DNA of 64,000 nt, taken from contig OX597818.1 in NCBI GenBank assembly GCA_951406725.2, forward strand, positions 38,192,001-38,256,000, read 5' to 3'. Under the pieces are notes generated by a model that worked only from the letters and a program-made list of their open reading frames with translations, had not been told where the DNA came from and ran no database searches. Below, piece after piece: positions 26,448 through 39,890 of the stretch (the stretch's first letter is position 1; each line of letters starts with the position of its first letter). Both the position numbers and the translations under genes were made by a program. The DNA comes from Octopus vulgaris (lineage: Eukaryota).

Positions 26448-27059
26448 GGCTCTTTTCGGTTTGAACGGCAGTTTTTTCTAGCGGTGGCATATGAAATTGT
26501 CACCCATAATTATGACCCTAGTATCGATCTATTATTGCATTTCAATCTGTTTTAGGGTTAGGGTGGGGGTGAAGGGTATATTTTTTTTCTTCACAAATGT
26601 AAATAAACCCAATCTGTTTCTTAAACGAGGGACATATTCATACGGCACAGAATGTTTTTTACGTCATTAGACGTAATTGATTGGTTGAAATTGCAGAAAT
26701 TGAAGAAAAAAAACCAACAAATATCTTACAAACTATAGAATTTTCTTAATAAAGCCAAGAGAAAAAAATGTTTTATAAACACATTCTACCAGTATACGAA
26801 GTTTAAAATTTTTTTTAAATTGATTGGTTGAAATTGCAGAAATTAAAGAAAAAAAAACAACAAATATCTTACAAACTATAGAATTTTCTCAATAAAGCCA
26901 AGAGACTTTTTACCTAGAAATTATGTTAAAAACTGCCGTTCAAACCGAAAAGATCCAAAAAATGTTTTATTTTGACACATTCTACCAGTATACGAAGTTT
27001 AAAAGTGTTTAGTTAACTAGAAATTGTGTTGAAAACTGCCGTTCAAAAAGAAAAGGTCC
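26448..27059. mobile_element. Second copy of the same MITE with internal and terminal partial duplications
   Basis: Left TIR at 26448; right TIRs ending at 26956 and again at 27059. Confidence 0.85.
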
Positions 27060-29837
27060 GTTCTTTTTTTTTTATGCTGGTAGTGTATGGCATGATGGTG
27101 ATTTGACTGTTGTTTTGAGCAGGTTCAGCGTCCACGTCGAAGTTCATTATCCGTGTCTTGAGTTGGCCATTAGTTAAGATTGCTTCTCTTAACGTAGGTA
27201 GTATCTTATGCAAAAGGTATGTGATCAACAAATGAGTTTTAATATTACAGTATTTAAAGGACACATAATCGATGGGACCTCTACTGTACAGTAGTGCCAT
27301 CATTCCGATTGATTCTACCTATACAAGCGTGTCCTCCACCTACGTTTCCTCATAATTTTCAGAAAAAAGAGTATTTCCAAATGAAATATTCTACAAATGT
27401 GATGTGTGTGTGCCCGTCATTTTTTAAATATTAAATTCCAATATAATTGTAATTGCATATTTCATTAAAAATTCTTATTTTACATTGAGATGGGGAGCAT
27501 ATTTGTGTAGGTATGCCTATACTCTTTTGGTATCACTTATATAATTAAGCTTTGTATAATTCTAATATCAATAATTTATGTTGTTTGAATGAGTGGCATT
27601 ATAGACAATTTAATCACCTTGTGCTTTGCAAAATGGCAAATTGGCAGTCTTTGGAATATTGGATAGAATGCATTCTGAGGTCAACTTTACCTTTCACTCT
27701 TCTGGGGTCTATAAATAAAGCACAAAATATTAGGATCACTTCTCTCAAAATCAGTTGCATACCACTGTGAAAAGTGCTGTGGAAACCACTGAGTGTGTCC
27801 CTATAGGAGAGCCACACATATTTAATATAGTGAATTGAAAATTTTTGATTAAAAGCCTTACAAAGGAGATGACATTGGACCAAGGTATGTGGTGCATTGC
27901 TGTACTCAAGAAGATCTGCCCATTGCAACAGAATTGAAATCCTAAAACTGAGGTGCCACATAAAAAGCATTGGTGTGTGTGCTGGTTACCATGTAAAAAG
28001 CACTGATGCTGGTGCCATATAAAAAGCATTGGTGAAGGTGCCACATAAAAAGCACCCAGTACACTGTAAAGTGTTAGCATTAGGAAGGGCATCCAGCCTT
28101 AGAAACAAAATCAAAACAGACCATGGAATTGGTATAGATTCTGGTCTTGCCAGTTCCTGTCAAGCCGTACAACCCATGACAGCAAGGAAAATAGATGTTA
28201 AATGTTGATGATGATGAAAGTGAAAGATAATCCTTGCAATTGAATGGGATTATAATAGAAGTATAAATCAAATATCATATGCAGGAGACTGCATGATGGC
28301 TTACCTCAACAACATGAAAGCCATCTATGGTTTTGAATAAATGCAATAATTGCAAGGATAATCTTCAATAATAATTATTGAATGGTTATGGGTTTTAAAA
28401 CACAGCACAGTTCATTAATCTTACTTATTATAAATAACACATCAATTTTATGTCCATGACATACAAACTAGAGTAGGTTATTTCTACTACATCTTTCACT
28501 AATTATACCTATTGGATCACACCTTTTATATCCCTACACTTCTTACTAACTGTTTTCAATTGTGCTTGTTTGTCTGTGGACAAGTTATCTCAAGAATCAA
28601 AGGATAGATTCGGATGAAATTTTCAGGGATGTTTGGCTTCTTGACTGGCACAAACTGATTAGATTCTAGGATCAATCCAGTTTTGGACAAGGATTCTAGA
28701 TTATTTGTTATATTTAATTTACATGATTACAATCTTACGTTCACTGTCAAATCTTTCTCAATTATCTCCCTTTATGCATTTTTCCAAAGAAATCAAACTA
28801 CATAAACAAACGGCAGCAAAACCGTCCAGAAATTAAATAAAAATATATATATATCTTTATAATATATATATTATATATTGTACATACATATCAACACTTT
28901 ACAGTATACTTACATTTATACATACATCTATACATCAACCTAAAACAACAGGAATACTAAAGGAAGGCCGGAATTTAAGAGAAGAGAAAACTAAAAGGTC
29001 TCACGCTATTCATTTAAAAATTCCTGAGTAGAACTTATTACCTCTGCCTTTGAAACTACTTTGAATGGTGAATTTGTTAACTTTGGCTTGTATTAGATAA
29101 GGATAAACTATTTATTACTGTTACTAAGTTTTCTACAGCCACCTTCACACTCCATGATTACCATTGGGATCGATCAGGTACCAGACATAGATTATAGATT
29201 ATTTTTACCGTTTTTTTTTTTACTTAATTTTTGAGAGCGGTCAGGTTCATTTTTAGTATTCTCATTTGTGAGAGCAGTCAAGATTATTTCAGATATTGTC
29301 ATTTTAAAAATCATTTCTAGCTAGTTGTCGAGAGGATGTTGGTGTAACCTTGGCAGAGATTTGTGCTCTCTGAATGCTCTTGTTTTTTATGTTATAAAGC
29401 CATAGTTACCAATGTCTGTTATAAAAGCAGTAATGTAGAATTTTTCACATAATTATGCAAAGAAAAAATTAACCCCTCTCTATTACTTATTCTTCTACAT
29501 AAAGTTTTCGTCTCCCCACTCAAATTTCATAGTTTTGCAAGCAGCATGGTGACCTCACTAGTGCTGGTGGCACAAGAAAAGCACACAGTGTACACTTTAA
29601 AGTGGTTGGCATTAGGAAGGGCATCTGGCCATAGAAACCATGCCAAATACATTGGAACATGATGCAGTCTTTGGACCTATCAGATCCTGTCAAACCATCC
29701 AACCTGGGCCAGCATAGAACATGGATGTTAACCCCTTGACTTTCAGAGTTGCTCTGTCAAATTTAATGCTTCCTCATTCACATTGTTTTGAACTAATCAT
29801 CCTTTATCTTGAAGTTTTGAGATTTTAGTGATATATA

Positions 29838-30301
29838 ATAATGAAATTATTGTATACAGTGCTCAGGTGCACCACAACTTGTCAGAGTGCGTATAAAGTA
29901 TATGCAGTAATGTACAAATGTCTGGAAAGTGAACAATGTATGAGTCAGATACATGCTTGTGTGTGTATGGAGGGGAGAAAATCAGGTGTAGTGTTGGCGA
30001 ATCTCAGAAAGCATGGAAGTTTTGAAGGATGCAGTGCTCCGACAACTAACAACTGATGCCGGCAGTTTGTTCCATGCTTCAGCAACTCTCAGCGTGAAAA
30101 AATGTTTCCTAAAGTCATGGGAGCTGTGCTGTTTTCTGACTTTGTAAATATGTCCACGGGAGTTAGACAGGTGGCATTTGAAAAGGTGCTCAGAGTTATT
30201 GTTTGTAAGATAGTTGATAATTTTATGGGTGTCTGCCAAGTCAGCTGCCAGACGTCAGAGTTTCAATGTGTCCATGCCCAGGGAAGTAAGGCGTTCAGGG
30301 G
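29838..30301 (-). mobile_element. 5'-truncated CR1-clade LINE 3' end
   Basis: SRGHIYKV...FRKHFFTLRVAEAWNKLPASVV...SFK ORF2 C-terminus; (ATT) tail. Confidence 0.85.
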
Positions 30302-30511
30302 AAATAAGTATGATTATTTATTTTTAAAATGGCATTGTAGATTAGTTGTGAGAGACTGACTATTATGAATATAAAATAGGTAGAATATTTGGGTTGGCTA
30401 TGATCAATTTAAATGCTAAAGGGTTAAATGATTGGGATGATGATCAGTGTGCCTAACATCTCTTTGATTTAATATGTTGTTACATTTTACATATGATGTT
30501 AAATTTTGCAG

Positions 30512-30687
30512 TGTCAAGCTTATGTTGTGTCAAAATGTTTGGGAACTTCAACAGATGGAAGTGATTTCATGAGCCCTCCTCTTCCCCCCATGAAAGAATA
30601 CAAAAATGAGACTCCAGACTTGAGACGGGCTCGGTTGTTATATCAAAGCAGGAAGCGAGGAATGTTGGAAAATGGGCTTATCTTAAG
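30512..30687 (+). CDS. SDHAF2: SDHAF2 exon 2
   Basis: TTTTGCAG acceptor. Reads ...[26 protein letters not shown], the Sdh5/SdhE RGxxE signature. GT donor at 30688, phase 2. Confidence 0.96.
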
Positions 30688-31252
30688 GTACAGGCAAGAT
30701 ATTTTCTGAAGAATAATTTTTCTTTAATCTGCATGCGCATGTGTACACCAAGTTAATTACTGTTCTTCTGACATATCTAAACTAAATATCATATCCCTAA
30801 CACTGTACTCTATCACTAACAAAAACACTTTTAACTATTAGTTCACCTAACAGTAAATAATACAATTAAAATTGAATGTACTTCTGTACATTCTTTATGT
30901 TAATCCACACTTAACTATATGTTCTTTGTGCAAAAAGTGCACCTGATTATTATTCCCATTTCGTTACTTTGAATCATTTAATCAATGAACACTAAAATTC
31001 TGTCTTTGTCTAGTAATTATGTGTTAGACTATACTTTGCGAAGGTGGTTTATTAAAATATTGAAACAAGTCCAGAATTGTTACCATGGCTGTATAGGAAG
31101 AAGCTTGCTTCCCAACCATAGTTCCAGGTTCAGTGTCTTGGCCAAGTGTCTTCTTCTGTAGTCTTTAGCCAACCAAAGCCTTGTGAGTATATTTGGTAGA
31201 CGAAATTGAAAGAAGCTCATTGTGTGCGTGTATATATATATGTATGTATGTG

Positions 31253-31693
31253 TGGAGGATAGAAGGATTCCTAAGCAGATGCTCTATGGAGAACTTGTGA
31301 ATGAAATGAGACTCCGGCAGAAACCAAGGCTGCGATTTAAGGACTGTGTCAAGTCCTCGTTAAAGGCTTTTGATATGCAGGACACTGACTGGGAGAACAA
31401 TGCCTGTCATCACCACAGATGGAGGAAGCAGGTTAAGGAGGGGATCAACACTTTTGAGAGAGCATGTATCCAGCATGAAGAACTTAAGTGAGCTGCGCGA
31501 AAGCGCATAGCTCGTATAGTGAATGGGGAAAGCTTGGTCTGCAATGTTTGCAGTCGAGTATGCTTGTCAAGAGCAGGGCTCATTAGCCACCAATGGAGCC
31601 GCAAATGCAAAATATAAGTTAGTCCTAGAGCACACAATGTTCCTGAAGGTCGGCAATGGTCTTCCTCGGTCACGAGTGGACGGCCATCATCAT
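31253..31693 (+). mobile_element. 5'-truncated RTE-clade LINE fragment with C-terminal C2H2 finger
   Basis: EDRRIPKQMLYGEL...KPRLRFKDCVKSSLK...RWRKQV, then after a stop VCNVCSRVCLSRAGLISHQ; (CAT)n tail. Confidence 0.85.
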
Positions 31694-32545
31694 GTATGTG
31701 TGTATGTGAAGGCTCATGACTCAGTGGTTAGAGTGTCAGGCTCACAATCATGAGATAGTGAGTTCAATTCCTGAACCAGGCCGTGTGTTGTGATCTTGAG
31801 CAAGACACTTTATTTCATGTCGCTCCCATTCACTCAGCTGTAGAAATGAGTTGCAACATTGCTGGTATCAAACTGTATCGGCCTTTGCCTTTCCTTTGAA
31901 TAATGTTGGTGACGTGGAGAGGGGAGGCTGGTATCCATGGGCAACTTCTGATCTTCCATAAATAACCTTGCCTGGACATCTACCTCAGAAGGGAAATTAC
32001 GAAGTGCAATCCCATGGTCAGTCATGACCAAAAGGGGTCTTTACCCTTTATATATATAGATGTGTGTATCTGTGTCTGTTTCCCACCACCGCTTGACCAC
32101 CAGTGCTGTTGATGCCCCCATAGTTTAGAGACCTATAGAATAAACACTAGGCTTTAAAAAAAAAAAGTCCTGGGGTCGATTTGTTTCAAGTCGTTTGCAA
32201 TCATTTGTCTGAAACAAGTAAAAGATACTTCAAAACATCAAACTCACTTCTGACTGGATGCCTCAATTTAAATTATAAAGTTCTCTCCCTTGTCCACTTT
32301 GGGCGTAATGAGTTTACATCCCATTATGAGTTTATTCTTTTAATCTTTTACTTGTTTCAGGCATTTGACCGTGGCCATGCTGGAGCACCGCCTTTAATCG
32401 AGCAACTCGACCCCGGGACTTATTCTTTGTAAGCCCAGTACTTATTCTATCGGTCTCTTTGCCGAACCGCTAAATGACGGGGACATAAACACACCAGCAT
32501 CGATTGTCAAGCGATGTTGGGGAGACAAACACAGATATACAAACT

Positions 32546-32583
<38 letters not shown>

Positions 32584-33227
32584 CATATATACGACGGGCT
32601 TCTTTCAGTTTCCATCTACCAAATCCACTCACAAGGCTTTGGTCGGCCCGAGGCTATAGTAGAAGACACTTGCCCAAGGTGCTACGCAGTGGGACTGAAC
32701 CCGGAACCATGTGGTTGGTAAACAAGCTACTTACCACACAGCCACTCCTGCGCCTATGAGTTTATTCTTTTAATCTTTTACTTGTTTCAGGCATTTGACC
32801 GTGGCCATGCTGGAGCACCGCCTTTAGTCGAGCAAATCGACCCCAGGACTTATTCTTTGTAAGCCTAGTACATATTCTATCGGTCTCTTTTGCCGATAGA
32901 TGAGCTGAAACCAAATATAAGAGGAATCAGATCTGTCCAAGAGAGACAACTGCAATGAACACGTACTTGTGAATGGGTTAAAAACAAAAAAGTGCTAATG
33001 AGATCTATGTAGTATAAAAAACAGTGGATGAGGAAGACTTAGGCAGAAGTGGTGAAACTTGATCTCTGCATGCTGAACCTTGCAAAAGAAACGAGAAATG
33101 AACATGAACAACAGGAGAGGAACTGTTCAATTCATGCAAGCATGGACATAGATTTAACATAAAATGATGATATCGATATGTGTATGTAATATTCTCATAA
33201 CTGAAATGTTTGTATTTATTTTTCCAG

Positions 33228-33337
33228 TACCTTTGCTTCGAAATATCTCAATGATCTAAATGAACAACAGTTGATGCAGTATGATACTCTTATCAATGAA
33301 CCAACGAATGACTGGGACATTTACTATTGGATAACAG
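33228..33337 (+). CDS. SDHAF2: SDHAF2 exon 3
   Basis: TTTTCCAG acceptor, 110 nt. Reads (S)[41 protein letters not shown] donor. Confidence 0.96.
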
Positions 33338-33394
33338 GTCAGATATTTTGATTTTTTTGTGTTTTAGTCTTTCCACTTTGTATCTTGAACTATC

Positions 33395-33708
33395 TGTTTG
33401 TTTGTTTGTTCCTTCTCAAGTCATGCCTGGCTCATAAGGGCCAGTTTCCTGGTTTCCTTGGCGTATAGGTTCCCCACCCGGATGGGACGCTGGTCCGTCG
33501 CAGGTGAGCTGCAAGATGCAGGAGGAAAGAGTGAGAGAAAGTTGTGGCGAAAGAGCCAGCAGAAATTCACCATTACCTTCTGCCGGAGCCGCGTGGAGCT
33601 TAGGTATTTCGCTCATAAACACACAGACATCGCCCGGTCTGAGATTCGAACCTGCGATCCATCGACTGCGAGTCCGTTACTCTAACCACTAGGCCATGTA
33701 CCTCCACC
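33395..33708 (-). mobile_element. tRNA-derived SINE family E with (AAAC)n tail
   Basis: Minus strand TGGCCTAGTGG A box and GGTTCGAATCT B box. CpG-rich, single copy in the window. Confidence 0.8.
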
Positions 33709-36153
33709 TTCTTTTATCTACAATGTAGAAAATTAAATTGTTATACAAACTTTATTCTGCACAATGTAAGTTTTCCAAAATAAATACTTTTGATGTCCTA
33801 ATTTGATTCATGAAAGTATTTCTCACTGTAAATATCAAACAAATGTAGTACATCTTACTACATTGGACAATATTAGAATACAAATAGTTCAAACAGTGGA
33901 ATAAATTTTAAACTGTGAACAGTATATAAACAGACAAATTCAAACACTTTGTTTTCATATGCAATATCTTCATTGTCTGAAGGAGAATCAACTTAGGTAG
34001 ATATAAAAGGATTTTATCAGTAACTGAATACCTTCATTACCTGTGTAGGGTGGTTTTCTTATAAAAGTAATGTTAATGGGGGTTTAAGTCATCATCATTA
34101 TTTAATGCTAGCATGTAAATCAAATAAACTAATTTGTATATTCATAACCCATTTCTTATTGACTAAAGTTTGTAGATATGTTGGCAAGTGCCTTCTACTA
34201 TAGCTGCATTGTGTGTGTACGTGAATGTAATTTATGCACGTCCACAAATTAGCACGCATGTCGCTCCAATGTTAGGAGGACATTCATTATGACCCTAGCT
34301 GTATTTTCATCAACTCATTTTTCCCAGAGGCACCAGCGAATAGCAGTAAAAATAAATTTTCAACCAAAACTTTTAACAATTTTCAAGTCAGAGAAATCAC
34401 CATTTTTTGAAAACAGGAGTTAAGTCCCCTTCTAGCGACGAGTAAGTTTTTGTTAAGACTTTTGTTGTTTGTTTTTTCCAGCGAGGAAAAAAAGTGTTTT
34501 GTTGATATACGGGCAACACACACATATATATATTTCTGTATTTTTATTCGTGTACATCGTTCGTTTTCCGTCCTTGTGTTGTATACATTCGAAGCTTTCT
34601 TCCAAGGGATCTAATGCGCTTGGCTTAGATTTCCCTTGGGGGCTGCCCAGGTCGGAGCAATCTCAAGATTAATCAGCCGAAATTGCGAAGATGATCCGGT
34701 TCTTGACTGATGACTGAGGGCTTTGAATGTCCCGTCCTGTGGTTCTTGTGTCGTCTTCTAGGTGTTTCACGTTCTTGTCCCAGTTTGTATATATTTTTTA
34801 CTGTTTACATATATATATATATATATAAACTAATTTCAACGGATTTCACCCAAATTTGACATCGATGTTACTTAGTTTCGTTTGAAATAAAGAACTTGAT
34901 TAGCTTAATAATCCTAACTTAATCCCGGGCAAAGCCAGGTTATACTGCTAGTCATCATTATCATTTAACATCCATTTTTCCATCCTTGTATGGGTCAGAC
35001 AGTTTATTTGAGACAGATTTTTCTACACCCCTTCCTGTTACCAACTCTCACCGGTTTCCAAGTAAGGTAATAATATCTCTCTCCCCGTGGCCAGAATATG
35101 TTCTTGCAGAATAATGGAAATGAATAACACTACTTGTGTGACCATCACATTTACAATCACATGATGTCAAGACAAGGAAACCCGCACACGCACCTGCGCA
35201 ACATGAAAAACACACGTTAAATGATGGGCATCTGTCAGTTTCCATCAATCGGATCCACTCATAAACCTTTGGTCAACCCAGGGCTCTAATAGAAGACAAT
35301 TACCTGTGGTGCCATGCAGATGGATTGAACCCAGAACCATGTGGTTGGAAAGCAAACTTTTTAGTACATGATCACGACTGCACCTACATATATACACACA
35401 CACACTCACATATATATACATTGCTTATCATTTATTTACCACTTTAATACACATACATCCCACTATACCATCCTATCATTCACATATAGTAATCGTACCT
35501 CCTATACACACATTTGTATACTCTCTTTTTACTCTTTTACTTGTTTCAGTCATTTGACTGCGGCCATGCTGGAGCACCACTTTAGTCGAGCAAATCGACC
35601 CCAGGACTTATTCTTTGCAAGCCTAGTACTTATTCTATCAGTCTCATTTGCCGAACCGCTAAGTTACAGGGACGTAAACACACCAGTGTCGGTTGTCAAG
35701 CGATGTTGGTGGGGGCCAAACACAGACACACAAATACATACATACATATATACGAGCTTCTTTCAGTTTCCATCTACCAAATCCACTCACAAAGCTTTGG
35801 TTGGCCCGAGGCTATAGTAAGAAGACACTTGCCTAAAGTGCCACGCAGTGGGACTGAACCCGGAACCATGTGGTTGGTAAGCAAGCTACTTACCACGCAA
35901 CCACACGCCAATGGGAGCACTCCTTTACCATGAAATTCACAAACCTCTTTTACACTTCCAATAAGTCAGAGGTGAAATGTTAACCAATTCCTTATGCATT
36001 TTCTTCCTGGCTCTCTTTTTCTTTATCTCCTTTCTTCCCTTTCCTATTTTTGCTGGACTTTTCCTCTGGTATCTGCAGAAGGACTATACCCAAAATCTTT
36101 TAACTTTTGTTCTTCCTTAAGTATTAATAATATTATTTTATTTGCTTTATATC

Positions 36154-36550
36154 ATAGGCGCAGGAGTGGCTGTGTGGTAAGTAGCTTGCTAACCAACCAC
36201 ATGGCTCCGGGTTCAGTCCCACTGCGTGGCATCTTGGGCAAGTGTCTTCTGCTATAGCCCCGGGCCGACCAATGCCTTGTGAGTGGATTTGGTAGACGGA
36301 AACTGAAAGAAGCCTGTCGTATATATGTACATATATATATATGTGTGTGTTTGTCCCCCTAGCATCGCTTGACAACCGATGCTGGTGTGTTTACGTCCCC
36401 GTCTCTCATTCTATCGGTCTCTCAAAAAAGAGACCGATAGAATAAGTACTGGGCTTACAAAGAATAAGTCCCGGGGTCGAGTTGCTCGATTAAAGGCGGT
36501 GCTCCAGCATGGCCGCAGTCAAATGACTGAAACAAGTAAAAGAGAAAGAG
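36154..36550 (+). mobile_element. tRNA-derived SINE family B (CORE-like motif, internal (TA)n(TG)n microsatellite); representative copy
   Basis: TGGCTGTGTGG A box, GGTTCAGTCCC B box, TTGGGCAAGT core, AAAAGAG tail. At least 16 more copies, approximately: 327-670, 1350-1720, 2116-2502, 6747-7400, 11225-11640, 11778-12170, 14678-15051, 17521-17974, 24430-24838, 32331-32757, 35521-35903, 44940-45284, 45580-45963, 47593-50273, 51965-52320, 63397-63755. Confidence 0.9.
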
Positions 36551-37384
36551 AAAAAAATATATATATATAGGTGCAGGCATGGCTGTGTGGTAGGAAGTTT
36601 GTTACTTAACTACATGGTTCCAGGTTCAGTGTCACTGCATGCATGGCACCTTGAGCAAGTATCTTCTGCTAAAGCCCTGGGCTGACCAATGCCTCGAGTG
36701 GATTTGGTAGATGGAAACGCTTCATATATATGTGTGGCGGCGAGCTGGCAGACATGTTAGCGCGCTGGGCAAAATGCTTAGCGGTATTTCGTCTGTCGGT
36801 ACGTTCTGAGTTCAAATTCCACCGAGGTCAACTTTGCCTTTCATCCTTTCGGGGTCGATAAAATAAAGTACCAGTTTCGCACTGGGGTCGATATAATCGA
36901 CTTAATCCGTTTGTCCCCTCTATGTTTAGCCCCTTGTGGGCAGTAAAGAAATATATGTCTTTGTTCCCCACCACTGCTTAGCAACCAGTGTTTGTGTGTT
37001 TACATCCCTCTAACTTAGCAGTTTGGCAAAAGAGACTGAGAGAATAAATACCAGACTTTTATTTTAAAGTACTGGGATTAATTCATTTGGCTAAAATTCT
37101 TCAATTTTATAGTATGCCTCCAGCATGTCAAGTAAAAAATAAAAGATGTGTGCGTCTTTTTTGTATCTCCTTGTTATGACATTGTGTAATATTCGTAAAT
37201 GATGGACAGTCATGCAAGCAGTGTCATTCATTTCCAATATTCTACATGTCTGGTTATGGAGAAATATTACCTTGCTTGGAAACAGAAAATCTGCCTCGAT
37301 AAACTCGCTCTGATCCATGCATGGAAAAGTGAACATTAAAGTGGTGATGGTACAGGCCATCATCAACATCCTTCATTGGATACT

Positions 37385-37888
37385 AAACTCTGCTTCCGAA
37401 GACCTGTTGAGGCAAGGGAAATTGAAATCAAATTCAATGACTGGCATCCGTGCTAGTGGAGCGCTAAGAGCACCACCCGGGCATGATCGTTGCCAGAGTA
37501 GCTAACTGGCTTCCATGTCAGTGGCACGTAAAAAGCACCATTCGAGCGTGATCGTTACCAGCGTTGCCATACTGGCACGTGAAAAGACATTCAAGCGAGG
37601 TTGTTGCCAGTGCCGCTGGACTGGTACCTGTGCAGGTGGCACGTAAAAAGAACACCATTTGAGCGTAGCCATTGCCAGTACCGCCTGACTGGCCCCCGGT
37701 TCCAGTGGCACGTAAAAAGCACCCACTACACTCTCGGAGTGGTTGGCGTTAGGAAGGGAATCCAGCTGTAGAAACTCTGCCAGATCAAATTGGAGCCTGG
37801 TGCAGCCATCTGGTTCGCCAGTCCTCAGTCAAATCGTCCAACCCATGCTAGCATGGAAAGCGGACATTAAACAATGATGATGATGATG
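37385..37888 (+). mobile_element. Non-autonomous RTE-related retroposon family C with internal ~65-bp tandem units and (GAT)n tail; representative copy
   Basis: Repeated GGTGGCACGTAAAAAGCACC units, then GGCGTTAGGAAGGG(C/A)ATCCAGC and GGAC(G/A)TTAAA-(GAT)n. Other copies approximately: 731-1195(-), 3218-3582, 4776-5150, 9610-9836, 10476-10933, 18645-18823(-), 19118-19530, 24074-24431(-), 27930-28217, 39041-39309, 49391-49630, 53788-54028(-), 56068-56283, 56686-57088(-). The RTE link is inferred from the tail and motif. Confidence 0.8.
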
Positions 37889-39890
37889 TTGACTTGCATG
37901 GGTCAGATAATAGTTTTGTTGAGGCAGATTTTTCTAGTCAGATTCTTTTCCTGTGGCCAGCACTGGTTGTCAAGCAGTGGGACACACACACACCAAAAAA
38001 AAAAAAATGTTGCTGTGCTTGAAGCCCTGTCACACCAAGTGAAATTGCAGTCGTAGCCAATGGCACATAAAAAAGCACTGTTCAAATGTTGAACCTCACA
38101 GAAGCAGTGACAGGTGACTGAGACCTTTGGTGATATACCATGCTTGAGAAGACCTGTCAAGCCAAGTGAGATCATAGTTGTGGCACATGAAAAACACCCA
38201 CTACACTCTTGGAAGGGCATCCAGCCATAGAAACAATACCAAATCTGATTGGAACCTGGTACAGTTCCCCAGTTTACTAATTCTGTCAAACCGTCCAACC
38301 CATGCCAGCATGGAAAACGAACATTAAATGATGATATATATGAACTTCCACACAGTTTCCCCAATTAACTCACAAAGCACTAGTTGGCTTAAGTAGAAGA
38401 CACTTGCCCAAAGTGTCACACAATGGGCTGATCCTGAAACCAAGTGGTTGCAAAGTGAGTTTTTTAACCTGCACTGGCAAAAAAGGTCCCCAACGCACAT
38501 TTTTTATCAACTATATTTAATGCTTTACTGATATGCAATTATCAAATACCATGTGTGGACAAGATTCTATTTCTTATGGGGCTAACAAATTTTCTGTTAT
38601 ATATCAAAGGCACAGACTCAGCTATGTGGTTAAGTAACTTTGCATCTGTGTGATTCCAGATTCAATACCATTGGAAAAGTATATTCTACCTTAACCTTAG
38701 GTTAATTAATATCGCTTATTTGGAATTATAATAGATGAAAATTGTGTAGAAACCTACAATATATAAATGCGTCTGGTAGTGTCCATATTTATACTAGTCT
38801 AAAAGTGGTACTGTTTATGGTGTATCCTGTCCTTTAACTTAGTGGTTCAACAAAGAAATCAATAAAATACTTGAGAACAATGCCCCAGCACTCCACAGAA
38901 TAGAATATTATGACTAGACTGGTAGAAGTCTAATCCACTCATTATTTCCAAATTGAAAATTTTATTCTACACTGGTAGTGAGAAATCTTAAATCCATAAT
39001 TAAGATTTCTCACTACTGCCGATGTATCTTATAACTTTTAATCCGTGGCCGTTGCCAGTGCCGCCTCGACTGGCCTCCGTGCCGGTGGCACGTAAAAAGC
39101 ACCAACTGATCGTGGAAGTTGCCAGCCTTGCCTGGCACGTAAAAAGCACCCACTACACTCACAGAGTGGTTGGCGTTAGGAAGGGCATCCAGCTGTAGAA
39201 ACACTGCCAGATCAGACTGGGCCTGGTGCAGCCTCCTGGCTTACCAGACCCCAGTTGAACCGTCCAACCCATGCTAGCATGGAAAGTGGACGTTAAACGA
39301 TGATGATGACTCAGATGATCCCAACACCTAAATGAAAGAAGTGACTTTCTATCATCATTTTAATGTTCACTTTTCCATGCTTGCATATGTGAGAATTTGT
39401 TGAGGCAGATCGAGCTACAAATGGATGTACAGCTTATCACCAACACTCACTTGGTTTCTAAGCCAGATTAGACTTGTTTTCCATGGAAGATTAGAAACCA
39501 ACACTACCACATGTACGATAGTGAAATTCATTTATAACTATCATGTGGTGTCAAGATGAGGAAACGCACAAATACACATATGGCCAGTTTCCGTCTACCA
39601 AAATCCACTGACAAGGCTGCCCCTGGGCTACTGTAGACAACACTTGCCCAATGTGCCACCTAGTGGGACTAAACCCAAAACTAAGGTTGGGAACCAAATT
39701 TGATCACCAACCATGCCCCCCATCCTGAAGGGAAAATTTATTTCTCATTTACACCAGGAAACCAGAGCTAAGTATCAGCTTTCAGAAGAGTAGTTATTTA
39801 AACAAATTATTAATCAGAACAAATAACAGAAACAGCAATTTGTTGACTAGTCAGATATTAATGTCAATTCTTATTCTCATTTATTTCCAG

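Noticed and set aside
33625-33705. Possible tRNA gene (also at 18143, 4551, 42656)
   Set aside because: A and B boxes are present but there is no clean acceptor stem, and each continues into a SINE body and tail.
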